A stretch of DNA of 64,000 nt, taken from assembly GCA_038087875.1 (NCBI GenBank), contig CM075989.1, forward strand, positions 19,780,001-19,844,000, in the 5' to 3' direction. Numbering within the stretch: position 1 is the first letter of the stretch; each line of letters opens with the position of its first letter. Both the position numbers and the translations under genes were made by a program. This DNA comes from Malacoraja senta (lineage: Eukaryota). The notes under the pieces are model-generated. The model saw only the letters and a program-made list of their open reading frames with translations, was not told the DNA's origin and did no database searches. Shown here piece by piece: positions 1 to 11,382 of this stretch.

Positions 1-196
1 TGAGGTTTCTCCGGGATCTTTGGTTTCCTCCAACACTCCAAAGACTTGCGGGTTTCTAAGTTAATTGGCTTGGTATAATTGTAAATTGTCCCGGGTGTGT
101 GTAGGATAGCATTAGTGTGCAGGGATCACTGGTCAGCGCAGACCCGGTGGGCCAAAGGGCCTGTTTCTGTGCTGTATCTCTAAACTAAACTAAACA
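1..196 (+). mobile_element. HE1-type SINE, 3' part (cut by window edge)
   Basis: Central motif GGTTTCCTCCAACACTCCAAAGAC, 3' tail GGGCCAAAGGGCCTGTTTCTGTGCTGTATCTC and (TAAAC)n end. Confidence 0.85.
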
Positions 197-701
197 CAAG
201 GTAACCATAAAATTGCAAAAATTGAAGTCCGTATGTAATCGAAGACACAGTCCAAAGTTGATCCTAGTTGCTGAGGTTAGTGTTGTGCAGTGTTCAAGAG
301 TTTGATAGTTGCTGGGCAGAAGCTGCTCTTGAACCTGGAGGTCACGTTTTTCAGGCTCCTGTACCATTTTCCCTGGGTTCCACCGTTCTTACCTGTCAAT
401 CTATGATGTTGTCATAGTGAACAACTGGTTAGGGCCTTTTGAGATTTTATGAATTCACCTAAAATTGCGTTATCACCTAAATGTGATTTCATCTGCCTGT
501 GAAATGCTGATCAGCAGACAGGGTCCTTGTTAAAGGCTTGTTAACCTCATGAATACCGGGAATGTGCTGACAGAACCATTTTATTGCAGATGCTTGCTCC
601 TCTATTCTGACAGCCTTTGAACCAATATTCAATCTCTGCCAGACCTACCTGTAACTGGACAATTCTACCTGAAATCCCTTGCTAAACATGCAGACTGTGG
701 T

Positions 702-1003
702 GGGGCGGCATGGTGGAGCAGCGGTAGAGTTGCTGCCTTACAGCGCCAGAGATCCTGTCTACGGGTACTGTCTGCACGTAGTTTGCACGATCTCCCTGTG
801 ACCGCGTGGGTTTTCTCCGGGTGCTCCGGTATCCTCCCACATCCCAAAGGCGTACAGGTTTGTAGATTAATTGGCTTCTGTATAATTGTAAATTGTCCCT
901 AATGTGTAGGATAGTGCTAGTGCACGGGGTGAAGGCTGGAAGGCTGTGGGCTGAAGTTACCTGTTTCCACACTGTATCTCAAAAGCCTAAAGTAAAGTCT
1001 AAA
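702..1003 (+). mobile_element. HE1-type tRNA-derived SINE, near full length
   Basis: tRNA-like head TGGTGGAGCAGCGGTAGAG, conserved body, CR1-like tail. Confidence 0.85.
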
Positions 1004-1290
1004 TGTTCATAGGTTCTAGGAGCGGAATAAGGTCAGTCGGCCAATGAAGTCTACGCCGCCATTCAATCATGGCTGATCTATCTTTCCCTCCTAACCCCAT
1101 TCTCCTGCCTTTGCCCCATATCCTGTGACACACTTACTAATCAAAAATCTATCAATCTACACCTTAAAAGTCCATTGACACGGCCCGCACAGCCGACTGA
1201 GGCAATGAATTCCACAGATTCACCACCCTCTGACTATAGACATTCCTTCTCATTTCCTTCCTGACGGTACGGCCTTTTATTTTGAGAATA
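1004..1290 (-). mobile_element. CR1/HER1 LINE 3' fragment
   Basis: Minus-strand peptide RRNVYSQRVVNLWNSLPQ typical of CR1 ORF2 C-terminus, followed by 3' UTR. Confidence 0.8.
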
Positions 1291-2091
1291 ATTTTTTTCT
1301 GGGAGGAATGCAAAGTTGCAAAATTCCATTGCTCACAAATTTCACAACCCTGCGTGGTCAATACATTAAAAAATGATTTCCTCTGCTCACGATACCTTCA
1401 CTGAGTGGGTCTAAGGTGTAGACTGTTTTCTGATTTGAATGGCTAGCATGCAAACAAAAGCTTCTTGTTCAACCCTGGTACACAAAACAATCACAAACCT
1501 AAACTTGAACTTAAACGAGGAAAAATATCATGAACTTTGCACACAAAACAGTCAGCCCTGGAGCACTCAACGTGATCAAGAGTCAAGAATGTTTAATTGT
1601 CATGCTTACCGACAAGAGAACAATTACAATTTTTCGTGGTTTTTTGGAAAATATGGTCGGTTTTCCGAAAGATTCTTCATGCTATATGTTTGAAATTACA
1701 GGCCAAAATATTTTACATCACCACAAAACCAGCAAAATTAATCGAGCGTTACTTAAACTATTATGCACTTTAGAAAATGTACCTTCGATATTTAATGAAA
1801 GGCAGCACCACTTGTCCACTGCGGGAATAGCACAGACAAGTCACACCTGACCCCAGGGAGTTGCAGCTTTGTGTGAAATATTGTCCGTGTTACTGCAGGA
1901 CAAAACTGCATTCACAGCATTAAAAGCACATCTGTGACAAACTGCACGGGAGTACCCGCACTGTAAATTACTCTCCTGATCACACAAATAGTTATTGCCT
2001 TGAACAATATATTGTACAAAGGTACTAAGTTGCGAGGCGATAAATGTTGCAAGCCGTGCACTTCAGCGTAATCACTCATTGAGATTCAACT

Positions 2092-2523
2092 GTGTAGGAA
2101 GGAACTGCAGATGCTGGTTTAGCTTAGTTTAGATACAGCGTGGAAACAGGCCCTTTGGTCCACCGAGTCTGCACCGACCAGCGATCGCTGCACATTGACA
2201 CCAGGACAATTTACATTTATACCAGGCCAATTAACCTACAAACCTGTACGTCTTTGGAATGTGGGAGGAAACCGAAGATCTTTGGGAAAACCCACACAGA
2301 GCATGGGGAGAACGTATACACTCTGTACAGACAGCAGCCGTAGACAGGATCGAACTCCGGTTTCTTGCGCTATAAGATAGCAACTCTACCGTTGCGCCAC
2401 CTAGCCACCCTTCGGTTTACACTGAAGGTAGACACAAATTGCTGGAGTAACTCTGCGGGACAGGCAGCATCTCCGGAGAGAAGGAACGGGTGACGTTTCG
2501 GGTTGAGACCCTTTTTCAGACTG
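2092..2523 (-). mobile_element. Penelope terminal-repeat mini-element interrupted by an HE1 SINE (about 2119-2410, minus)
   Basis: TGTAGGAAGGAACTGCAGATGCTGGTTT...AGACACAAATTGCTGGAGTAACTC...TTCAGACT split by a reverse SINE. Confidence 0.75.
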
Positions 2524-3126
2524 AGTCTCTAATGCCTAAATTCATACTGTACGTAATGTAATTTGACACTTCAAAATCTGCACACTTTCTGACCAAACTT
2601 CCATACAGGTTTGCTGTTCAGTTCAGCTATGTTTGAAGGTTAGTCATTAGCTATAAAAAATATACTAACAAGAAATAAAGTGCCCATTACTGAAGAGCTG
2701 ATTGATTATTTTGATAAGGTGAGGAGTTATGATATTTTTTGTACTCCCATAAAAAAAATTCTTGCTGTCTGAATACTGCTGAAACAGAAAGTCATGGCTA
2801 GCATTATAAATCATTGGAGCTTGCCCATTCCGTTAGTCTTTGTGTGTTGAAACTCAACACACAAAGCCAAGCCAACTATTGTATTTGAGGCTCCTTCCCC
2901 CGCACGCATGCTGTTTTATTCTGCACTTAATAAAAATTTTATGAGAATTATTTTGAAGAAAGATAGGCCTTTTCTTTAGCCAACATGTGATGCCGAAGTT
3001 GCTCACTCTCTTTGCAAGATACTGTTTCATCCAACAAGTTGAAAGTTTTGGACTCGGAAAAGCTCAATTTATCCAGTATTTCTAATCTTCAATCAGACAA
3101 GTTCAAGGCTATTATTTGTGTCAAAT

Positions 3127-3250
3127 GGGGTGGGAGATTGCAACGTTCACCCTGTTTCGACGAATGCAATCAACCCGACGTGCACCAACAGAAGATCAAA
3201 TAGAACAAGTTGACCTACAACTTTAGGGTGTGCACGCCATACACAAGAAG
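3127..3250 (+). mobile_element. HDV-like-ribozyme-headed short retroposon, decayed copy
   Basis: Homologous to 31801-31939; starts GGGGTGGGAGATTGCAAC, ends AAGAAG; 13-bp TSD ATTT(G/A)TGTCAAAT at 3114-3126 and 3251-3263. Confidence 0.85.
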
Positions 3251-3431
3251 ATTTATGTCAAATGATAAATTAATATGCAATTCTGTGGGTCAATTAGAGT
3301 CATAAAATTATATAGCACAAGAGCAAACCCCTCAGCTCACTAAATCCATCCAAATCTTTACAGATCAATAGTCCCATTTGCCTGTATTAGGATCACATCC
3401 CGTTGAAAATCCTGTTGAAATGCTTTAGATT

Positions 3432-3719
3432 GTAGTTTTAGAGATACTACGTGGATACAGGCCCTTTAGTCCACCGAGTCCACACCGACCAGCGATCACA
3501 TGTACACTAGTTCAACTGGGGCAAGTGGGACTCTATTGGGTTCTATTTACCGATGCCAATTAACCTACAAACCTGTACGTCTTTGGAATGTGGGTGGAAA
3601 CCGGAGCACCCGGAGAAAGCCCACGGGGAGAACGTACAAACTCCGGACAGACAGCACCCGTAGTCGGGATCGAACCCAGGTGAGGCAGCAACTCTATTCG
3701 TGCGCCACCGTGCCACCCT
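3432..3719 (-). mobile_element. HE1-type SINE
   Basis: Reverse complement of head, body and tail. Confidence 0.8.
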
Positions 3720-4159
3720 TATAGTGGTGGTGGCAAAAGTGGTGGAACTAGTGTAAAATAATCGTAAGATGCAGTAATGTGCCTGTGATAATTTGAAACG
3801 TCACGCTACAAAATGGATCGCTGAAGAGATTTAGTGCTCAGCTTAAGTCGTAACCAACCAACATTTATTTCTTGCAACTTTGAGAAGTCATGGTCACAAC
3901 GAACACAGTTAGCAGCTTATTACGTTACAACAGCTAATAAAGTTGAATGTTCAGTAACCAAACTTCAATAATATGCTTTTGGCTTAGGCTGTGACACTGA
4001 GCTTTGCACAGTGAAATGTGTTCTTTTTTTTCCTGATTTTTACTTTACTTGAAAGATGAGGATATTCACTTAAACGTTAATAATAATTGATCTTGTGCAA
4101 AAGGCAAATCTCTGTGTAATCTAAATGAGTAAATCAAACATTTACTGTAAAATAGCTAC

Positions 4160-4376
4160 AAAACGCTGGAGTAACTCAACGGGTCAGGCAGCATCTCTGA
4201 AGAATAGGAATACGTGACGTTTTGAGTCAAGACCTTTCTTCAGTCTCAGAGGAAGTGTCTCGACCCGTAGTGTCACCTATTCCTTTTCCCCAGAGATGCT
4301 GCCTGACTCGCTGAGTTACTCCAGTTTTCTGTGTCTGTCTTCAGTTTAAACCAGCATCTGCAGTTCCTCTCCACAC
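4160..4376. mobile_element. Fold-back pair of Penelope terminal repeats
   Basis: Reverse copy (GCTGGAGTAACTC...CTTCAG) abutting a forward copy (...GAGTTACTCCAG...CAGCATCTGCAGTTCC). Confidence 0.8.
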
Positions 4377-5798
4377 ATATCAGGTTGGCAATGACAACTT
4401 GGGCCAAAGGCAGTGATACCGTCCATTATAATTCAGACTTCACAGGGCTTCAGATTTCTCTGCTGCACTAATCACCAATGATTACAATGTCATATTAATA
4501 ATAGCACGTTTATATTGGCCGAAACATGATAGAAACTGCCTTGTATTCCCGCAACGACATTTGCAAAAATAATTAGACAATAGGTGCAGGAGTAGGCCAT
4601 TCGGCCCTTCGAGCCAGCACCGCCATTCAATGTGATCATGGCTGATCATCCCCAATCAGTACCCTGTTCCTGCCTTCTAATTTTGCTGTTAATATTATTT
4701 TTAATACCCTTGGAGTAATAGTAAGCAGGCCCTGCATACACCCAGGAGGTTCCGAGTCATACAATATGTGTTAAATATTTCACAAAGGAACATGCCAAGA
4801 ATTGAGTCCCTCAGAAAAAGGGAGGATCGTCACCATGGCGACCACTGGTTCTGAACCAGGCAAATGCAGGAAGTAGACATTTTTTTGTGCAAAACATATG
4901 GAATATCATCAGTTTCCCACAGAGTCTCTTTGCAAGCCTCCTTTTTCTCTATTACTAGTCTACTCTCATTTTTTAGTTTAGTTTAGAGATATAGCGTGGA
5001 AACTGGACCTTCGGCCCACTGAGTCCACGCCAACCAGCGATCCCCGTACACCAGCACTATCTTAGACAATGGGGACAATTTACAATTTACAGAAGGCAAT
5101 TAAGCTACAAGCCTGTACGTCTTTGGAGTGTGGGAGGAAACCGGAGCACCTGGAGAAAACCCATGTGGTCACAAAGAGGCCACAAAGGTATGAGCTATAG
5201 GGAGAGGTTGATTAGGCTGGGTCTCTTGACTATAATGCAGGGCCCAACCCCTCAGTTGCACAGGACCCTAGAATGCATTCCTTCCCCATGATACCTTTGC
5301 ATTGGCTGCACCAAGCTTCAGTGCGGCCCTACGCATGGCTACCTGCAACGTCGCCGGAAGAAAGCTTCCACTTATGGACACCTCCTACCGGAAGACTGAC
5401 GAGTTTAAGAACCGGTAAGTACTGGATTCAGGAAAAGTCTGATCCTCGTCAATGCCATGGTGACAATCGTGCAGCAGTAGAGCTACTGCCTTACAGCGCC
5501 AGAGACACGGGTTTGATCCTGACTACGGTTGCTGTCTGTACGGAGTTTCATACGTTCTCCCCCGTGACCTGCGTGGGTTTTCTCCGATAACATTGGATTC
5601 CTCCCACACTCCAAAGGCGTACAGGTTTGTAGATGAGGCTGTACGTCTTTGGAGTGTGGGAGGAAACCGGAGCACCTGGAGAAAACCCATGTGGTCACAA
5701 AGAGGCCACAAAGGTATGAGCTATAGGGAGAGGTTGATTAGGCTGGGTCTCTTGACTATAATGCAGGGCCCAACCCCTCAGTTGCACAGGACCCTAGA

Positions 5799-6995
5799 AT
5801 GCATATCCAAATACAAGGCGTAGCTATGGGCACACGCATGGGCCCCAGCTACGCTTGCCTCTTTGTCGGGTACGTAGAACAATCCCTGTTCAATGCGTAC
5901 CAGGGCCCCATCCCCGACCTCTACCTCCGCTACATCGATGATTGTTTTGGTGCCACATCCTGCACCCACACACAACTGACTGACTTCATCCGCTTCACCA
6001 CCAACTTCCATCCGGCACTTAAATACACCTGGACCATTTCCGACACTTCCCTACCATTCCTTGACCTCACTATCTCCATCGCAGGTGATAGACTCCTTAC
6101 CGACATCCACTACAAACCTACCGACTCCCATGGCTATCTGGACTACACTTCTTCCCACCCTGCTTCCTGTAAGGACTCCATCCCCCACTCCCAATTCCTC
6201 CGTCTACGCCGCATCTGCTCCCAGGATGAGGCGTTCCACACCAGGGCATCTGAAATGTCCTCATTCTTCAGGGAACGGGGGTTCCCCTCCTCCACCATAG
6301 ATGAGGCTCGCACCAGGGTCTCTGCCATACCCCGCAACACTGCTCTCTCTCCCCATCCCCCCACTCACAACAAAGGCAGAGTCCCCCTAGTCCTCACCTT
6401 TCACCCCACCAGCCGTCACATACAACAAGTGATCCTCCGTCAGTTTCGCCACCTCCAACGTGACCCCACCACTCGCCACATCTTCCCATCTCCCCCTATG
6501 TCTGCCTTCCGCAAAGACCGCTCCCTCCGTAACTCCCTTGTCAATTCTTCCCTTCCCTCCCATACCACCCCCTCCCCTGGTACTTTCCCTTGCAACCGCA
6601 AGAGATGCAACACTTGTCCCTTCACTTCCCCCCTCCACTCCATTCCAGGACCCAAGCAGTCGTTCCAGGTGCGACAGAGGTTCACCTGCATCTCCTCCAA
6701 CCTCATCTATTGCATTCGCTGCTCTAGATGCCAGCTGATCTACATCGGTGAGACCAAGCGGAGGCTTGGCGATCGTTTCGCCGAACACCTCCGGTCGGTC
6801 CGCAATAACCAACCTGAACTCCCGGTGGCTCAGCACTTCAACTCCCCCTCCCATTCCGTATCTGACCTCTCTGTCCTGGGTCTCCTCCATGGCCACAGCG
6901 AGCAACACCGTAAATTGGAGGAAATGCACCTCATATTCCGCTTGGGCAGTCTACACCCTGGTGGCCTGAACGTTGAATTCTCCCAATTCTGCTAG
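5799..6995 (+). CDS. Penelope-like RT C-terminal half plus Cys-rich linker plus GIY-YIG endonuclease (N-truncated; the ATG comes from captured flank)
   Basis: QGVAMGTRMGPSYA and YIDD RT motifs; CNRKRCNTC linker; LIYCIRCSRCQLIYIGET...RFAEH; 398 codons without a stop. Confidence 0.9.
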   Translation: MHIQIQGVAMGTRMGPSYACLFVGYVEQSLFNAYQGPIPDLYLRYIDDCFGATSCTHTQLTDFIRFTTNFHPALKYTWTISDTSLPFLDLTISIAGDRLLTDIHYKPTDSHGYLDYTSSHPASCKDSIPHSQFLRLRRICSQDEAFHTRASEMSSFFRERGFPSSTIDEARTRVSAIPRNTALSPHPPTHNKGRVPLVLTFHPTSRHIQQVILRQFRHLQRDPTTRHIFPSPPMSAFRKDRSLRNSLVNSSLPSHTTPSPGTFPCNRKRCNTCPFTSPLHSIPGPKQSFQVRQRFTCISSNLIYCIRCSRCQLIYIGETKRRLGDRFAEHLRSVRNNQPELPVAQHFNSPSHSVSDLSVLGLLHGHSEQHRKLEEMHLIFRLGSLHPGGLNVEFSQFC

Positions 6996-7205
6996 CCCTG
7001 GCTGTCCCCTCCCCTTCATCAGCCATCTGGTTGTCTCCTCCCCTCCCCCAACCCTCGGGCTCCTCCTCCTCCTTTTCCTTTTTTCCTTTCTTCTCCCCAC
7101 CCCCTATCAGTCTGAAGAAGGGTTTCGGCCCGAAACGTTACCTATTTCCTTCGCTCCATAGATGCTGCTGCACCCGCTGAGTTTCTCCAGCATTTTTGTG
7201 TACCT
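5806..7205 (+). mobile_element. 5'-truncated Penelope-like retroelement with 3' terminal repeat
   Basis: RT/GIY-YIG ORF, pyrimidine-rich 3' UTR, terminal repeat with CTGAAGA...GAAAC core, TSD. Confidence 0.93.
7110..7141 (+). ncRNA. Minimal hammerhead-ribozyme-like motif in Penelope terminal repeat
   Basis: CTGAAGA (7112-7118), extra A, stem II GGGT-TTCG-GCCC, GAAA, palindromic ACGT stem III, GTT triplet; stem I only 2 bp. Confidence 0.6.
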
Positions 7206-7819
7206 CAGGTTTGTAGATGAATTGGCTTGGTATAAATGTAAATTGTCCCTAGTAAGTGTATGACAGTGTTAGTGGATGGGGATTGCTGGTTGGTGTGGAC
7301 TCGGTGGGCCGAAGGGCCTGTTTCCACGCTGTATCTCTAAAACTAGAAAAAAAACTAGTGTTGGTTTTGACACAAGTGAGTCTTGTATCAGTGACCTTGT
7401 GGTCACCAATGGAACCGCGCATTCAAGAGAAAAGTAAATTTAAGATTTACAATATATTTTTCTGTGTATGTGCGCAAAATTAATTAAAATCAAAATGCAG
7501 AGCTGCCCCTGTTTTTGACTGTTTAATGATGCCTTCAACTTTTCACTATAAGATAAATAGGTTACACTTCCCCATACACTATTTGTTTTGCAGAATCTTG
7601 CTCTATTGTTAGTGTAGATTGGAGAAGGGGCTCAGAGATCAACCAAGTTAATCCCAATTTCCTGGGCGTTCATTATAATGATCAAGAACATAATCTGGAT
7701 TTATTTAATTCCATAAAATTTTAAGTCGGGGCCTTTCCATTGAAAAATAAATCTGCTCTTTCAATCAGATTGGTGTTGACACTAAAATAATTGAAAGATT
7801 TGATTGCAAATTATGTATG

Positions 7820-8065
7820 GAAAGAGGCCCCTCGGCCCGCCGAGTCCACCTGACTATCGGTCATCGGTCACACCAGTATCTATCTTTCTCATCCACTCCC
7901 TACACACTGGGGCAATTTGCAGAGGCCAATTAACCTACAAATGTGCACGTCTTTGGGATGTGGGAGGAAACCGGAGCATCCGAAGGAAACCCACAGGGAG
8001 AACATGCAAACTCCACATAGACAGCACCCGAAGTCAGGAGGAAACCCGGGTCTCTGGCGCCACCA
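7820..8065 (-). mobile_element. HE1-type SINE (older variant)
   Basis: Reverse body GGCCAATTAACCTACAAA...GGGAGGAAACCGGAGCA. Confidence 0.75.
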
Positions 8066-8127
8066 CTGTCCACCTTTACAATGAACACAAAAGTCAAGCT
8101 ATTTAATTGCAATTTTTGCAATTGTGT

Positions 8128-8441
8128 TTTGTTTAGTTACGTTTAGAGGTACAGCGCGGAAATAGGCCCTTCGGCCCAGCCAGTCCGCACCGACCAGCGA
8201 TCCCCGCACACGAACACTACCCTATACACTCTAGGGACAATTTACAATTGTATCAAGCCAAATAACCTACAGACATGCACGTCTTTGGAGTGTGGAGGAA
8301 ACTTGAGATCCCGGAGAAAACCCATGCAGGTCACGGGGAGAACGTACATACTCCGTACAGACAGCACCCTTGGTCAGGATCGAACCCGGGTCACTGGTGC
8401 TGTAAGGCAGCAAATCTACTGCTCCGCCACCGTGCTGCCCT
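8128..8441 (-). mobile_element. HE1-type SINE, full length
   Basis: Tail, body and tRNA-like head on minus strand. Confidence 0.85.
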
Positions 8442-9679
8442 AATTGTGTTCTTTACATACTCTCAGTTTCCACGCCAAGTCTCGGCTGCAACTTGCCAGC
8501 ACAACATGGAGAGGTTTTCAACAGAGTTGAACTTCTAACACCTAAAGTCAGACGAAGAAACCAAAGTTTCTGCGATTAGCAACAAGATTTGATTTTTCAA
8601 CTGCAGAAAACATAAAAGCTGTGGCAATTGTTCATTTACAATTGAGCACACCCATCAATCTATCTGAATGGCTTTACAATTTGTCTACTTCATTACGGAA
8701 AGCCCCATTCATCATCTACAATGAATATGAAACAATAACACCACATATTTCTGAAAGTAACTTGACCTTGTCTGAAAAATACTGATGTATATGCTTATAT
8801 GTTTAGCTGCTTTTTATCTTTGCAAGGAAAATAACCTGAGAAAGGAACACATATTTCAAACATGGCTATCATTCAGCTTTCTGGAAGATCAAAAGTTCAG
8901 GAGATGGAACTGCATTTTGCATTATTACCGTAAAATGCATGAAAATAACTCTGAGAATTCGGGCGGTATGGTGGCGCAGTGGTAGAGTTACGGCCTTACA
9001 GCGCTTGCAGCGCCGGAGACCTGGGTTCGATCCCGAAGGCAGGAGAATGGGGTTAGGAGGGAGAGATAGATCAGCCATGATTGAATGGTGGAGTAGACTT
9101 GATGGACCAAATGGCCTAATTCTACTCCTATTTTTTTATGACCTTATGACCTTGTACTCCTATCATTTACGATGAACCAATGCTGTTCACCCCATCCCAT
9201 CCCTTTTGCTCTCCCCTATCCTTTCCCTTGCTCTGATTCTGAGTTATCTTCACAGTCCTTGCAAATATCTATCCTCGAGCAATTGTGCACAATATGATCT
9301 CCATCACACTGCTGTTGCTTTGCACAAATTGGCTGGTGGTTTAGCCATGTTGCAATGGGAGCTGTACTCCAGAATTACTTCATTGGATCTAATGTGTTGA
9401 TTGATGACCTGAGCCACAACATTTTGATTTCTATTTCTCCCATTCCAGTCATCAGCATGAAAGACTTTCACTAGCCAGATTTTGTTTGACCTATTATATG
9501 CTTCCAGCATTTTCTGTTTTTGATGTTGATTGCAGTGAGTACTGACCAAGGTACAAGGAATAATACTTCTGCTCTTCTTCAAAGTCACTCACTGGGGATT
9601 TTTACTTCATGTACATGAGAGGGCTGGAGGAGCCAAGAGCTAAAGTCCCAAATGAAAGACTCCATCCATATTTGGATTG

Positions 9680-10345
9680 AAAGATACAGCAGAGAACCAG
9701 GCCCTTCGGTCCACACCGACCATCAGTCACCAATTCACGCTAGTTCTATGCTATCCCACTTTCACATCCACTCCCTACACACCAGGGGCAATTTACAGAG
9801 GGCCAACTAACCTACAAACCCACAACCATCTTTTGGATGTGGCAGGAAATTGGATCACCCATGGGAAACCCACACAGTCACAGGGAGAACGTGCAAACCC
9901 CACACAGATAGCACCCAAAGTCACGATCAAACCTGGGTCAAGGTCATAAGTGATAGGAGTAGAATTAGGTCATTAGGCCCATCAAGTCTACTCCGCCATT
10001 CAATCATGCCTCCTCACCCCATTCTCTTGCCTTCCCCCCCATAACCCTTGACACCCATACTAATCAAGAATCTATCTATCACTGCCTTAAAAATATCCAC
10101 TGATGGCCTCCACCGCCTTCTGTGGCAAAGAATTCCACAGATTCACCACCCTCTGACTAAGGAAATATCTCCTCATCTCCTTCCGAAAAGAACGTCCTTT
10201 AATTCTGAGCCTATGACCTCTGGTCCTAGACTCTCCCACTAATGGAAACATCCTTCCACATCCACTCTATCCAAGCCCTTCACTATTCTAGGGTCTCTGG
10301 TGCTGCGAGGTGGTGCCTCGACCAGCTGCACCTCTGCCACCCTAC
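9680..10345 (-). mobile_element. HE1-type SINE interrupted by a CR1/HER1 3' fragment (about 9941-10290)
   Basis: SINE body to ~9940, CR1 3' end, then the SINE head resumes at GGGTCTCTGGTGCTG. Confidence 0.7.
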
Positions 10346-10698
10346 CCAACGTGGAAATGAACAATGTCATTGCAAATATGACCTTGACATTTATCAGCCT
10401 TGCTGATCTGCTTTGGAACTTCACTTAATAACCACACAAGGAGTGCTCACAAAACCATCAGAGGAGCACGTTAGTTTTTAACACATTACAATCCTGGAAG
10501 TTTTACCTGTGCTTTCCTGTCTTTCACCATTTGTTCAGGAAGCAAAAGCACACAGCAACTCCCAGAATAACAAATAGGCAATAAACAAAGTGCTGGAGGA
10601 ACTCAACAGACCAGGCAGCATCTGTGGAGGGAATGGACAGATGACGTTTTGGCTTCATCCTGATGAGCTGTCCCAGCCTGAAATGTCATCTGTCCATT

Positions 10699-11382
10699 TA
10701 GAGTCATACAGCATGGAAACAGACCCATCGGCCCAACTTGCCCACACTGACCAACATGTCCCATCTACACTAGTTCCACCTGCCTGCGTTTGGCACGTAT
10801 CCCTCTAAACCTGTCCTATCCATGTACCTGTCTAAATGTTTCTTAAATGTTGCGATAGTTCCTGCCTCAACTACCTCCTCTGGCAGGTCATTCCATACAC
10901 CCACCACCCTTTGTGTAAAAAAGTTACCCCTCAGGTTCCCATTAAATCTTTCCCCTCTCACCTTGAACATGTCCTCTGGTTCTTGATTTCCCTACTCTGG
11001 GCAAGAGACTCTGCATCGACCCAATTCATTTCTCTCACAATTGGTACACTTCTATAAGTTCAACCCTCATTCTCCAGCGTTCCAAGGAATAGAGTCCTAG
11101 CCTACTCAGCTTCTCCCTCAGGCCCTCGAGTCCTGGTAACATGCATGTAAATCTGGTAAATCTTCTCTGCACCCTTTCCAGCTTGACAACATCTTTCCTA
11201 TAAAATGCTGCCCAAAACTGAACACAATACTCTAAATGTGGCCTCAGCAACGTGTTATATAACTGCAACATGACGTCCCAACCTCTATTCTCAATACTCT
11301 GACTGATGAAGGCCAAAGTACCAAAACCCTTTGTGAAAATCCTATCTACCTGCTACGCCACTTTCAAGGAACTATCTGCACT
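10699..11382 (-). mobile_element. CR1/HER1 LINE 3' fragment, frameshifted, inside a Penelope terminal-repeat pair
   Basis: Peptides LYNTLLRPHLEYCVQFW and FFTQRVVGVWNDLPEEVV. Confidence 0.88.

Larger units (their letters stand above)
5467..7345 (+). mobile_element. HE1-type SINE split by a Penelope-like insertion (SINE parts about 5467-5636 and 7206-7345)
   Basis: SINE sequence resumes in register after the 15-bp TSD CAGGTTTGTAGATGA (5622-5636, 7206-7220). Confidence 0.85.

Noticed and set aside
1863..1990. H/ACA snoRNA call
   Set aside because: The candidate H and ACA boxes overlap predicted stems; kept only as a weak structured-element finding.
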